Source: Octopus sinensis (Eukaryota). From it: a stretch of 64,000 bases of DNA. The position numbers and the translations under genes were made by a program. Position 1 is the stretch's first letter, and the number at the start of each line of letters is the position of its first letter. The stretch is taken from NCBI RefSeq assembly GCF_006345805.1, contig NC_043005.1:47120001-47184000 (forward strand), given 5' to 3'. The notes below the pieces were generated by a model. The model ran no database searches. It was not told where the DNA came from and saw only the letters and a program-made list of their open reading frames with translations. Shown one piece after another: positions 23,206-36,500 of this stretch.

Positions 23206-24895
23206 TACTTCAGTACATCGCCTATAATGAGTGCCCTTCATTCTGTGGTGATATCCTTGTGACTAATTAAAGATTATCGTCATCATCATCATTATCACAA
23301 CAACTTCATCATCATTATCATTATCGTGATTATCTTTGTCATTATCATCTCCGTAGATGCAGGTTTTTATTGGTAGTTTTTATTTTTTTGCATTTATATC
23401 TACGTTTTTTTATCTTATATCTATTTTTTTTTACTTCTTTGTAAATATTTTGCTCTTTTGTTGATTTCCATTTAACTTGTCTATTTTGTTATCATCATTG
23501 TCATTGCCCTTTTCTCACTCTCTTATTTCACCCCAACACATACCTCTCTTCCTCCATTTTCCCTTCTTTCATCCCTTCACCACACCACACCACACCACAC
23601 ACACTTGTCCACCACATCCTCCTTCCATATAATTTTTTTTCTTTGGCGCCATTTTTTCTCTGTTCTTTTACAGTTAATAGCTCTAACATGACATAGACGT
23701 CTTTCTTTCCTCCCCTTTCAATCCTCTACACAAACTCACTCCTTTCTTTTCTCTCAATTCCACTGAAAACCTCCGTCTTTCCTCTCTTCATCACTTACTC
23801 TCCTTTTCTCTTTATCTTGCTTTTTTGTTTACCCTCTCTACTTCTTTCCCGCTCTTTCCCACACTTTCACTTTCACTTTCACACGATACACTATTCTTTT
23901 TCTTATCTCCCTTCTACATACACTTACTCCCTCTCTCTATCTTCCTTCTATTTACTCACTCTCGTTATTTTTCACTTACTCTCCCACTTGTTTTTTTTCT
24001 CTTTTTTGTCGCTCCTGTCTTTCTTCTCTCCTTCACTGTTTTTTTATTCTTTCTCTCTCTTTTGGCTCGCCGTTTTTTTTATTACTATTTTCACTCTTTG
24101 GCATTATCAACTGTAATTACATCACGCATGACGACCCTTAAATTCACCGAAAAGGGGCCCCGGTGTCAGTCTTGATAACATAACAATTATGTTTGATAGT
24201 GTTTTAATGGCACCGGAATATATATTTTTCCGTTAGTTTTTTTCCCCCTTGTTGTTGTAACAGAAGTGGAGGAGTCGAAGGATATCAAAAGAAATCAATA
24301 TCAAGCGTTGATAGTGGCGGTGGTAGGTACAGGAGGTGGTGGATGTTGGGGGTGGTAGGACTCTTTGTAGTGGAAACGGTGTTGGCGGTGGTGTGGAGAT
24401 ATTTTGTATGCTTTTTATCCTTTTTACCTTATATTTTTGCCGCTTAAGTGTGTCTATATATATATATATATAAGTCTATGTGTGTCCATATATATTATAT
24501 ATATATAGTATATATATATATAATATATAATATATATGTATATATATATATAGATAATATATATATTGATTGTATGGATGTATACATACATTATATATAC
24601 GCTTCTTTGTGTATATATGTGTATAAATATGTGGGTGTCAAAGACTTTCGAGATTTCTGCTTGCTTTCGTTCTTAAGCGCGTTGTGCACTATAAGCAAAA
24701 CATGCAAGCGCTTAAAAACGTACACATGCATATAGGTGTGTGCGTGTGTGTGTGTGTGTGTGTGTTGGTGTGTATGTGTGTGTGTATGTGTGTGTGTCTA
24801 TGTGTGTGTGTGCGTGTGTGCGTGTTGTAATATATGTGTGTGTGTGTGTGTGTGTGCGAGTGTGCACCTGTGTGTATTGGAATAATTACTATGAA

Positions 24896-24928
<33 letters not shown>

Positions 24929-24944
24929 TATATGACTCTTTAGC

Positions 24945-24976
<32 letters not shown>

Positions 24977-26001
24977 ATATAATATATATATATAATATAT
25001 ATAATATATATATATATACGGACTCAGGTATACACACATGCACACACAACACATATATATGAATATGTTTGTGTTTGTGCGTATTTGTGTATGCTTATGT
25101 GCATGCCAGTTGATATTTATATGCATGTATATATTTACGTGCGTTTGTTTCTGTTAGCCTGTGTTAGAGTATGTGCGTGTTTGTATGTAAGTGTAATGTG
25201 TTTGTGTGCGCGCGTGCGTACATACACATGTCTGTTTGTTTGTGTATGTGTGTGGATTGCTTGTTGGAAGCAATAAGTGATAATCACAAGAATCCTTACT
25301 TGCACCCCTTGTGTTCACAAAAAAAAAGAAAAAAAAAAACAGTTTCACCAAAGTAGGTCGGACACTTGAAGCATATCTGCCTGGAGAACTTGAACACTGT
25401 CTGTAGTAGGACCGCCTTCAACACATTCCTCTACACGCAGTCAATTGCATGAGTTTTGTGCTCCTTCGCCTGACGTTCCCTTTGACCTATCGGTTCTCAC
25501 GGTAAACGAAATTTAGATGTTTGTAATGATTGTGAAATCAAAAAGCGACCTTGGTAACAAATACCTTTTATACACAATCTACAAACATGGTCCTGCCACA
25601 ATAGTTGTGACAGTAAGTATTTGCAACAGTGTTGAAGCGAGGAGTCGCACTACGGGACTAATGTATGAAAGCCAGACTACAGGTGACTTAGATGTGGTTG
25701 GCATCACCAAGTGAGCAGTTTCATCCAATATCCCACCCTATTGAGGAATGTAAAATATTGAAAGAAAGCTAGTAAAAAAAAATCCAGGCTTTTAACACTG
25801 AATTATATCATAGACATATCAGTTTATAGAGCTGGTTCCCATGCATTCCCGGTTCACTTGAGCTTGCTCAAATGATTTGGAGGAGCATCCAACATGCTGA
25901 GAAGGAAATACGTTCAGGTTGTCTAGCATCATGTGGCATATATATATGTATGATCTTTTTCACTAACTCCAACACATTTGTTATTTTATTATTGTTATTA
26001 A

Positions 26002-26231
26002 GGCGGCGAGCAGGCAGAAACGTTAGCGCGCCGGGCGAAATGTTTTGCGGTATTTCGTCTGCCGTTACGTTCTGAGTTCAAATTCCGCCGAGGTCGACTT
26101 TGCTTTTCATTCTTTCGGGGTCGATTAAATAAGTACCAGTTACGCACTGGGGTCGATATAATCGACTTATCCGTCTGTCTGTCCTTGTTTGTCCTCTCTG
26201 TGTTTAGCCCCTTGTGGGTAGTAAAGAAATA
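26002..26231 (+). mobile_element. tRNA-derived SINE family 2, full length, Tx1-like 3' tail
   Basis: Head GGCGGCGAGC.GGCAGAAACGTTAG, B box GAGTTCAAATTCC, GTCGA-N5-TCGAC hairpin; last ~45 nt match the Tx1 3' end. Confidence 0.9.
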
Positions 26232-26237
26232 GAAATA

Positions 26238-26421
26238 GGTATTTCGTCTGCAGTTACGTTCTGAGTTCAAATTCCGCCGAGGTCAATTTTGCCTTTCATC
26301 CTTTCGGGGTCGATAAATAAAGTACCAGCTAAGCACTGGTGTCGATCTAATCGACTTAATCCCTTTCTCTGTCCTTGTTTGTCTCCTCTATATTTAGTCC
26401 CTTGTGGGAAATAAAGAAATA
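26238..26421 (+). mobile_element. SINE family 2, 5'-truncated tandem copy
   Basis: Direct repeat of ~26048-26231 immediately downstream; ends CCCTTGTGGGAAATAAAGAAATA. Confidence 0.9.
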
Positions 26422-27484
26422 TATTTTATTATTATTATTTATATTCTTTTTGTCATTTCGAGATGAGGGATGGAACTTTTAAGGCTAAATTCTAGATATC
26501 CCCCATACAATAGTAGTCATGTGATCATGGATTTCGTGACCGAGTAACATGTACTGAAAATGAGCATCACGATATGTTGCAGTACTTACACTTCTCTTCG
26601 TAGTAGGCATAAAGATGGCCAAAAGCAATTCAAGAACCTATTTATAGAAAATCAAGATTGGAAGATACTTAGTACTGCTGCCGATACCTGCTTTTAAGGT
26701 TGGCGATATCGTTATAGTGGAAACATAGATCGAAGAAAAGAATTTCTTAACACGTTGCCTGAATTGGTATAACGTTAACTGATTACCAAGCCCACCAGAA
26801 ATCGCATTTCGTCCATAATATAGAGTCTGGTTAAACAATTATGCTTTGAAAGCAGAAGGGAGCAAGCTTTCAAGAGTCTTGGCTGCATCTAAACATTACT
26901 TAAAAGATGTCCAGATAAATATCAACAGAAATCCGTCGATTATAGTATCTGAAGAGAATCTAACAACGCTGGAAGTCGGTGAAATGATGTGAAGTGACAG
27001 TGAATAACAAAGATCCAAAGATCAAAAATTATACTATATAATGATAATATCACAGTGTTTTCATTGATTTCACTAACCCGTTACTTTTGTTCAAAAATAG
27101 AAATTTTAACCGTCAGTAAAAGAAACAATCAAATTGTTATAAATATTTTAAATATATAGACGAAGAAAGCAAGAACTGTAAGCGCCTTATGATATCAAAA
27201 GACACATTACATTTTCAGTTCTGTTTCTCACAATTAAATTATTTCGAATACTACAGGTGATCGAATTCCATGAAGGTTCCCGTGATTAAATACCTTTTGC
27301 CTTTTCTAGTTTTGTTCTCCTTATTTGAATATTCAGTATTAAGATAGTTGCTACATGACTTTCAAATATTTGTCTTCTGATGAGGGTCCAGTACGCCAGA
27401 CTTGTTTGCAGGCCTCTTAGCAGATATCTACTGCAACTGGCAACGGACTGAGAGAATTCTCAAATCTTTGCGCCGAGGAGTAGT

Positions 27485-29355
27485 GCTATTGCTGAGAAAG
27501 TATTAATGAAGATGTTGTCGCTCGTCGTCGAGTAACTGGTTGGAGACGCACAAACATGCACTCTCCCAAACAGATTCATCCACGACACCCTCCACCTCAT
27601 GCGTTGGATCGCTGCCGTGTACAGTGACATCTGCTCGGTACCTGGGTGAATGGTCACCTATCGGGACCATTCAACATCGTGCGTTCGGTCCATCAAGGGT
27701 GCCCACTCTCGTTACTTCTGTACGTACTTACTCTCGGAAACTGGAGATGTTGAGAGACATCTCGCGTGAACTAGGATGTAGGAGGGTTGTGTCGATATAC
27801 GCAAACGATATCACAGTCATGGTGTCGGACGACAAGCTCATAGATATGGTCAGCACTACTGTGAAAGAATACGATGATGGGGACCAAAGATTAATACGGA
27901 AAAATCGGTTGGCCTGCAGCTCGGCACCTGGAGAGGCAGATCCATGACGACTAACAGAGTTGTATGACGTGGACGGTCAGGCCCGTAAAATTGCTCGGGG
28001 TCTGGTTCGGACCGGACCTCCAACTGGAAAGAACTGGAGTGAGGTGACGAGCAGAGTAGCCAGTCCCACCCTGATATGGGCCGAGAGAAAGCTATCCTTG
28101 AAAGGTCGGGCAGAGGTGGCAAACACATAGGTCACCTCAGTCATTTACTACCGCTTTACCGTCGTTCCTTGCTCCAGTTTGTACCTGGTCAAGCTGCAGC
28201 GTTTGCTTTTCCTCCTCTTATGGAAGGAACTTCGCTGGTCAGGCGCTCCATTGGCTGTCAACACCCTATGAACGTGGGCTGGGTATGCTATTGATGCGCT
28301 GACATGCGCTGAGGTTGCGGCACATCCAGCGTTTCGTCGATGACGGTGAGCATGTATTGTCGCCGTTCGTCAGACTCGCTTTCCCGTAGCTTGTCTCTTT
28401 TTGATCCAATCTTGGATCAAACGTAGACCGAGGCTGGGCGTCTGGCACCTTGAGTGTAACTAGACGCTCACGTTTGTCAGTCGCGCAATACGGTTAGTGG
28501 AATTTCTACTATGACATTGTATAGAGGATTAGTGGTAAAAGGAAACGACGACGTTCTTGGGGAGATTCTGGGTATCGATGAATTTTAACTCGCCAGTCGG
28601 TTCCGGAGGACTTTCGGGCCTGGACCTATGGATAACTCCCAGAAATCGATGGCCTGGCAGTTCTACAGGAAGCTTTGCCTGTTCGAAATAAACTCTAAGG
28701 CAAGTAAGTGCCGTCAGTCGTATCTGCCCGAGATGTGCACAGTGCGACGAAACCGTCCTGCACGCACTGGTCCAGTACCCGATCATATCTGATATATGGG
28801 TTTATGTCGAACACATGCTGTCACGTAAAGGACGTTTCCGCTTGTCGGCTGATTCCATCATGAAGATTGCCCCGCCGCTTTCCTTTGGCCGGCAAGGGAA
28901 GGCAATTTTCATTTGTCTCGTGGCAGTAGTGAAAGAGCTTGTGTGGTGGTCTAGACTGAAAGGGCTGAAGATATGCTTTACTCGTTCGCCTCCCCCTCAT
29001 CAACTTTTTCAGATACCATCTGGAAAGGGAAGTGAGGGTTGAGAGAGAAGTGCTGACTTCCGGCAATTTTTGTTAAAAGGTCGGTGAATGTGGTGAAGAC
29101 AGTCCGTGTCAACGGGCTTACTTTGAGCATCCAAGGCTGAGAGAGAGAAAGATGAGGAGAAGGCTGTTGCCTTAGTGGTCGCGGCGCTTGTGGGTTTTTC
29201 GTGGGGTCTCTATGAGTAAATGCCTCCTTTAGGCATTTTCTTTGTTATATTTTTCATGGTTATTGATTTTTACACGACACTTTATGTAACTCCACTTTGC
29301 CCTTCGTGTTTTGTAATGTCCAATCTTATTTTTGTCGGCTCTTATGGCTAATAAA
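27485..29355 (+). mobile_element. Older Tx1-clade LINE copy, 5'-truncated, many stops/deletions
   Basis: KVLMKMLSLVVE..AQTCTLPNRFIHDTLHLMR, IYANDITV, GVWFGPD, ICPRCAQCDETVLHALVQ; 3' end TATGGCTAATAAAA; colinear with the 11717-14010 copy. Confidence 0.88.
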
Positions 29356-30468
29356 ATTTCAGGCCTTGTGTCTATAGCAGAGCAAAGGCTGTTCATCGGT
29401 TTGTTGAAATATATAGAATATATGCTATTAACATACTGTCACTTACAAAATGGAAGGCAAAACCTTCAAAGAATGTAAAAGAGAAAAAAAAGAAAGACTT
29501 TACACAGTCAGGAAGTTATTAAGTTAGAAACGAGAGGTCTGAAACTAAACAATTCAAAATAAAATGAAAAAGCATTTTGGACTTTTATATTATTTAATTT
29601 GAAAGTGTAAAACTATTTCACTCTATTTTACTTCTCATTTTGCACGATTATTAACATAATCGTATTGGCTTGGCTTTCACAAACAACTCTAACTCATCAA
29701 GATATATATATATACACGCACACATATATATGTATATATGTGTATGTATATATATGTATATATATATATGTACATATACACATATATACACATATGTACA
29801 TGCATATACATACATTTATACAAATACACTTATATACATTCACATGTACACATACACCCGTACGAGCACGCGCACACACAAAAACAAATTCTGTGTGCAT
29901 AACAAATAACCTCAAACATCACAAATGTTTTTGATGTCAGTTTGATACTCTTGACTTTGAGAACAAGTCCAACTTCAACCAGTTAATAATAATAATAATA
30001 AAAATAACAACAACAAAAACGGAAACAACGATAACAACAACAATAAGAAGAATAAGAACAACAATGGCAAATATACTTTTAAAATATTAAAAATGGATCA
30101 CGTTGAAGTTCGTTGAAAGCTACATTGCTGAAACATTCGTTGGAGCAAAAAGCTTTTTCTTTTTTATATATTTCAAGAATCTAAAACCAATTTATTTTTT
30201 CGTCTGGATAAAATAAAATAAAGAAAAAGAAAGTAATATGAACGCCCGTTTATTTTTGTTATGGAGGAAAATATATCTTAATATGTTGTTCAATCGGCCG
30301 TAACACGACAGACAAACAATGAGACGCTAGCATTTTGTTTGAGCGCTATATATATATTTATTTATATTTACGTATGAAAGTTTTTGTATGCGTACGTAGG
30401 TAATATATGCGTATGTGTGTATTTATTTATATATTTATATCTAAATCTATATTCATATCATTCTCTCT

Positions 30469-30510
<42 letters not shown>

Positions 30511-30631
30511 GTGTGTATATTGGCAGGGCTTACTGCTAGGGAGTCGGCCGTATGCTAGAAATAAAACATAATATGGTTTTAAATTGATATTAAAATTAAT
30601 ATTAATTTATCTCCCTCATTATTTAAATATT

Positions 30632-30663
<32 letters not shown>

Positions 30664-30697
30664 AATATATATATATGTGTGTGTATGTATATATTTA

Positions 30698-30839
30698 TAC
30701 GTTTTGTGTTCAAATTCCGCCGTGGTCGATTCTGCCTTTCATCCATTCGGGGTCGATTAATTATGTACCAGTTACGCACTGGGGTCGATGTAATCGACTT
30801 AATCCCCTTGTCTGTCTCCTTGTTTGTCCCTTCTAAGTT
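30698..30839 (+). mobile_element. SINE family 2 fragment
   Basis: GTTCAAATTCCGCCGTGGTCGA...GCACTGGGGTCGATGTAATCGACTTAATCCC matches 26070-26200. Confidence 0.85.
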
Positions 30840-31203
30840 ATTCCGCTTTCTTTTTAATCCTTTGTTACTATATATCTGTTGAAACACATTGCTTTCGTTT
30901 CAATTAATTTCGAAAATTATGAAGAATATCTCAAAACATTTTTATGGATAATAAATGTAATTGCTATATAAGTTATGTATGTTTCATTAGCTTCTCCTTA
31001 CCTTCGTAACTTTGAGTAGACGAAACAGGGACAACTGAAGAAGGGGAATATTCCTTGTGCTGTATGTCTTCTGCTCTGTTTTTTCGTTGTTTGAAAAAAG
31101 TTCCTTTCCATGTTGTTGTTTTTTATGTTTTCGTTTCTCATTGTGTTCAATGCTTTTTTTGATGTCCTTTACCCATATATGCATTTATATATACAAGTAA
31201 GTT

Positions 31204-31206
<3 letters not shown>

Positions 31207-31272
<66 letters not shown>
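31207..31272. repeat. (TATC)n microsatellite
   Basis: Direct reading. Confidence 0.95.
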
Positions 31273-31275
<3 letters not shown>

Positions 31276-32469
31276 ATATATATATATTTAAAATTAAGTT
31301 TAAAATCTTTATAAGAAATTATCAGTAGTTAGCGTGAAAAACCTCGTAAGAGAAAAAATCTGTAAATTTTAAATTTAAATTTTAAATTTTAAATTTATAG
31401 TTTTCACCGGAATAGTTCAATACTGAATTTTTGTTCCGAGTAGGCAAATTGTTACCGAAATGCATTGCGAATAAGCCCGCCATTTTCATAGATATGTAAA
31501 GATAAACATTCGTACATGCTGCGGCGAATTCTACGGTTGGCTGTCGGGTTTGTAATGTTGTGTTTTTTCTTATATGTCTTGAGTTCGTTGCACTGAAGAG
31601 CATAGAATACATATTCTGCATTGATTGCGAAATCACAGGTGATATGTAACTAAATTCTGTTTCTAAATGACTTGCTTTGAAGTTTTGCATTCGGTACAAT
31701 TTGTTTATTTTAGTAGTTTTGACTGCAAAAGTCCCTCCTAGCGTGCGGTACCTATGAATAATAGTACCCTCTATATAATATATATACAATATATATATAT
31801 ATATATAATATATCTGTGTGTGTGTCTATGTGTGTTTATAAGTATGTGTATATCTGTATATCTGTTTTGGGGTTATGTTTAATTTCATATATGTGTGCGG
31901 CCGTATGTATGTATGTATGTATGTATGTTATATGTTCGTGTGTGAGTAAACGCATAAAATAGCAGTTATGGTATTTAGCATATGATCATAATGTTTCAAT
32001 ATTCTGTAGCGGTTGGCAAGTTGTGACAGTGAGTAAGGCATTTCACATCTCGGATATGCCACTGCGAGAACGTCGAGAAATTTGCCGAAAAACTGTTCAT
32101 ATTCGCTCGCGACTTCATATCCATCTAGACAGACAATTAGCGAGAGAGTGACACTTGTTACCAAACTATATTCACTCGCGATAGAAGCATGGACATCTTG
32201 TTCATCACACACACTTGCACACACAAACACACACTGATGCATACACTCATACACACACAGATACACTGACAAAGGCACGCGCGCCTGAACACGCACACAC
32301 ACATATGCATGCATGTTTTTCCTTTATCTTGTACTTATTTCGGTTGTAGGCTGAGGCCATGCTGTAGCACAACCTGTCAACGTGTTTGATCATTTTTGTC
32401 TGCAGTTTCTGGTGCAGTACCGAGTTGGACAGAGCTTCTTTTCTTCGTGACTCTTGTGTGTGTGTTAAA

Positions 32470-32544
<75 letters not shown>

Positions 32545-32548
<4 letters not shown>

Positions 32549-32735
32549 ATCCAACAAGAAAGCACAAAAAAAAAACACAACAACGCGAGGACGTGGAACA
32601 AATATAGTATTATTGGACGCTCAGGAAAGAAGGAAAGAAAGAGGGTTTAACGTTTCAAGCGGAGCTCTTCGTCGGAAACATAAGAGGAGGAAAGATCCAG
32701 AGAAGAGAAGACAGAGGAAAAAAATCGCCAACGAT
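32545..32735 (-). mobile_element. Penelope-LTR-like repeat with hammerhead-like motif (32645-32679)
   Basis: Minus strand gttt-CCGACGA-A-GAGC-tcc-GCTT-GAAAC-GTT-aaac; second partial copy at 14941-15030; shares TCCTGAGCGT with the 5008 family. Confidence 0.55.
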
Positions 32736-32918
32736 GTATATATAGTTATATATTTATATTTATGTACATGCATTTATACTACGAAAACCAGAGTAAATGT
32801 TATTTCATTATACAATAGTGTCTACTCTTAGTCTTTCTTACTGTCTTGGAGATAACTCCATGTCATTGACTAATGCTTATATATATATATATATATATGT
32901 ATATATTTTGTGAGTATA

Positions 32919-32950
<32 letters not shown>

Positions 32951-32987
32951 TGTGTGTGTGGTGTGTGTGTGTGTGTGGGTGTGTGTG

Positions 32988-33026
<39 letters not shown>

Positions 33027-33039
33027 TTTTTAAATTTTA

Positions 33040-33090
33040 TTTTATCTAGTTTCAGCTCACGAGCTGTGGCCATGCAGGGGCACAGCCATT
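33040..33090 (-). mobile_element. SINE 3' tail variant (CAGCT-N4-AGCTG hairpin)
   Basis: Minus strand GTGCCCCTGCATGGCCACAGCTCGTGAGCTGAAACTAGAT; related copy at 62290-62332. Confidence 0.65.
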
Positions 33091-33113
33091 CAAAAACAGT
33101 AGCAGTCCTCATC

Positions 33114-33166
<53 letters not shown>

Positions 33167-33261
33167 CACACAAGCTTACATAGAGAAGGATAAGAATACG
33201 GGAAGAGAGTTTGAATGATTGAATGACATACTACAACGTGCGTACGTAAATGTTATTCAAC

Positions 33262-33303
<42 letters not shown>

Positions 33304-34038
33304 TATATATATATATGGAGAATGAGAGACATATATACATCTATATATACTTAATATACTTATATATGTATTTATACATACATTTATACATATATGATGT
33401 GCATGTATGTGTGTATGCATACGGAAATATATGCGTATATTTATATATATATATATTTATACACTCACACATATACACATATACGTATACATATGTGTGT
33501 GTGTATGTGTATGTGTGTTTGTGTGAATCTGTTTACATGCGTATTGTTGATCTATGTGCTGATTACAATATTCTAATGAACATTGTAGACAAAGCAAACA
33601 TTAATTGTAAATCTAGCCCTTTAACAAACTATCTGTCTGTCCGTCTGTCTCCATTCTATACATGCACGTCACTCTATTCACCTGTTTACTGATCTTAAGA
33701 TAACAAATATGGCAATTCTCGTCATTACTCTGTTGTATAACCGATAACTTGCATAGTATGCTTACTTAATTTACATTCAGTAAATATCTCACTCCCAACT
33801 CTCTCTCTTTCTCTCTCTCTCTCCCTTTCTGTCTGTCTCTCTCTTTCTTCCATTCTTTTTCTCTTTCTCCCCGCCTCTCTTTCTCTGTTTCTCTCTATCC
33901 TAACCATTCTACCTCTCAATCTCTACATGTATATATTTATCTCTCTCCCTCTTGCTCACTTTTTCTGTTATACGTACTGTCTTTTTCTCTTTCACTATTT
34001 CACTATGTGTCTCTGTATGTGTGTGCATGTATGTGTGA

Positions 34039-34074
<36 letters not shown>

Positions 34075-34599
34075 GCATTTACACACATACACACAGTCTT
34101 TTATACATATGTATGTGTGTATGTGTTCTCAGTATGCTCTGAAGCATGGACACATAACAAATATCATTCACTTCCTCGTTCTCTCCTCCAAACTTGGGTC
34201 TCTACCTCTATTTCTGTCCGTTGCTACAATAAATCCACACATCACTCCTTATGCACACGATTGAATTCCTATATACATACATATACATATATACATATAC
34301 ATATACTGACATACATCATATATATATATATATATATGTGAATGTATGTATGTATATATGTCTATTGAAGAAAATTCACTCGCAGTCTTATATATATATA
34401 TATATATATGAATATAGTCCAACTAATGTTTACTGATCTAAAGGCAACAAGTGTACCGATCAATCGCTCCTATTACTACGTTGTATAACTAAGAGAACTG
34501 CTTACGCTAACTCACTCTGTTACATGCTGTGAATATTTCCGTTTCCCACACATCGGAATACAAAAATGAACGCTCAGGATTTCCTTCCACCCAACCGTA

Positions 34600-34638
<39 letters not shown>

Positions 34639-34868
34639 ACAAATATATACAGACACCCACGGACACATACACACACACGCAACTTCCCAACTTCACCCAC
34701 ATACACCACTGCATCTCTTATCCCTCCTCACACACACACCCCAATCCCATTTTGTATGTTATTCTCCATTCATTTGCATTAACATTTAGTATCAACGCGA
34801 TACATCTCCTAGCCATTGTGCACACATTATTCCGTTTGATTCACACAAATGAGCATATACATACATAC

Positions 34869-34920
<52 letters not shown>

Positions 34921-35022
34921 TGTGTGTGTGCGTGTGTGTGTGTGTATACTTGGTTGAACATAGAGGCATATATACATGCATGCAGACATGAATGCATACA
35001 TACACACACATATATATATGTA

Positions 35023-35095
<73 letters not shown>

Positions 35096-35671
35096 TATAT
35101 ATATATATGTACTTCATCTCGTGTGGACAATGGCTTCTGTTTGGTTCTAAGACACGTGTAACGATGTGTAGGAGATTTTGTGACGGACATTGGTTTAAAC
35201 TGAATCGCATCCTCTAGTTACTTAACGAACTCAGCATCTAAAAGGAAGTTTATCAGCTCATTCGCCAATCTATGTATGCTCGTATGTTTTCATGTGTGTG
35301 CATTTATGGATGCTTATATATGTGCATGTGTGCGATGTGTATGATTCCATATATTTATACGGCATGAAAGCAAGAATGCAGTTATGGCGGTGTTGTGCAC
35401 CAATGCATGTACAGCGATGAATATGTAAACCTTTTGTGCATATGCATCCATTTGCCTATTTGAGTATGAGTGCATCTGTCAGCTAGTGTATGCACACGTT
35501 TATGTGTTATGACTGTATACGATGAATAAGCTACTGCACATTTATACGTAACTGGATATAGACACCTTTGCACATTTGCATGTGAACGAGAGCGCATATC
35601 TAAGTATATTTAGACTGTCCTCATTGTTTGTGTATGTATGTATGTATGTAAGTATGTATGTATGTATGTGT

Positions 35672-35931
35672 AAAAGATACCCGTCGTATACGTATACATA
35701 TGTGTGTGGGTGAGTGTATGTCTTTGTGTCTGTGTTTGTCACGCACCGCCGCTTGACAGCCAGTGTTGGTGTGTTTACATCTTCGAAACTTGCGGTTCAG
35801 CAAAAGAAACCGACAAAATAAGTTCCAGACTTACTAAAAATAAGTACTGGAGTTGATTCGTTCGCCTAAAATACCAGGTGGTGCCCTAGCATGGTCGCAA
35901 TCTAATGATTAAAACAAGTAAAAGGTAAAAG

Positions 35932-35935
<4 letters not shown>
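35672..35935 (+). mobile_element. SINE family 1, 3' half, diverged
   Basis: CCCGTCGTATA..GCTTGACA.CC..TG.TGGTGTGTTTA..GCGGTTC.GCAAAAGA.ACCGA..AATAAGT..GCATGGTCGCAATCTAATGATTAAAACAAGTAAAAG. Confidence 0.8.
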
Positions 35936-35966
<31 letters not shown>

Positions 35967-36006
35967 CACACACACACTCACACACACACACACACGCACA
36001 CATACG

Positions 36007-36419
36007 CTTTACTCTTTTATTCTTTTACTTGTTTCAGTCATTTGGCTACGGCCATGACTGGAGCACCGCCTTTAGTCGAGCAAATCGACCCCAGTACTTA
36101 TTCTTTGTAAGCCTACTACTTATTCTATCGGTCTCTTTTGCCGATCCTTTAGTTACGGGGACGTAAACACACCTGCATCGGTTGTCAAGCGATGTTGGAG
36201 GGACAAACACAGACACACAAACATACATACATACACACACATATGTATACATATATACGACGGGCTTCTTTCAGTGTCCGTCTATTAAATCCACTCACAA
36301 GGCTTTCGTCGGGCCGAGGCTATAGTAGAAGACACTTGCCAAAAGTGCCACGCACTGGGACTGAACCCAGAACCATGTGGTTGGTAAGCAAGCTACTTAC
36401 CACACAGCCACTCCTGCCC
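36007..36419 (-). mobile_element. SINE family 1, full length
   Basis: Reverse complement of 19637-20042 including the internal microsatellite. Confidence 0.9.
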
Positions 36420-36500
36420 ATATACATATGTTAATAATAATGCCCCATGAATAGAATTTATAAATATTTTAATGCATCGCAAATAAGGGTATCATTATTG

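Noticed and set aside
22290-24110. F/L/S-rich ORFs suggesting membrane proteins
   Set aside because: T/C-rich low-complexity DNA; compositional artefact.
26480-27000. Possible decayed Penelope RT on the minus strand
   Set aside because: Only vague motif resemblance; no RT signature could be read reliably.
29356-29402. Minus-strand CCGATGA-A-...-GAAAT hammerhead-like string
   Set aside because: Stem II pairs poorly, there is no GUH or stem I, and the plus strand resembles a SINE tail fragment.
31928-32314. Protein-like minus-strand ORF (GYEVASEYEQFFGKF...) after a plausible acceptor, in a CpG-richer patch
   Set aside because: No recognisable family, no matching donor, and the ORF start lies in a microsatellite.
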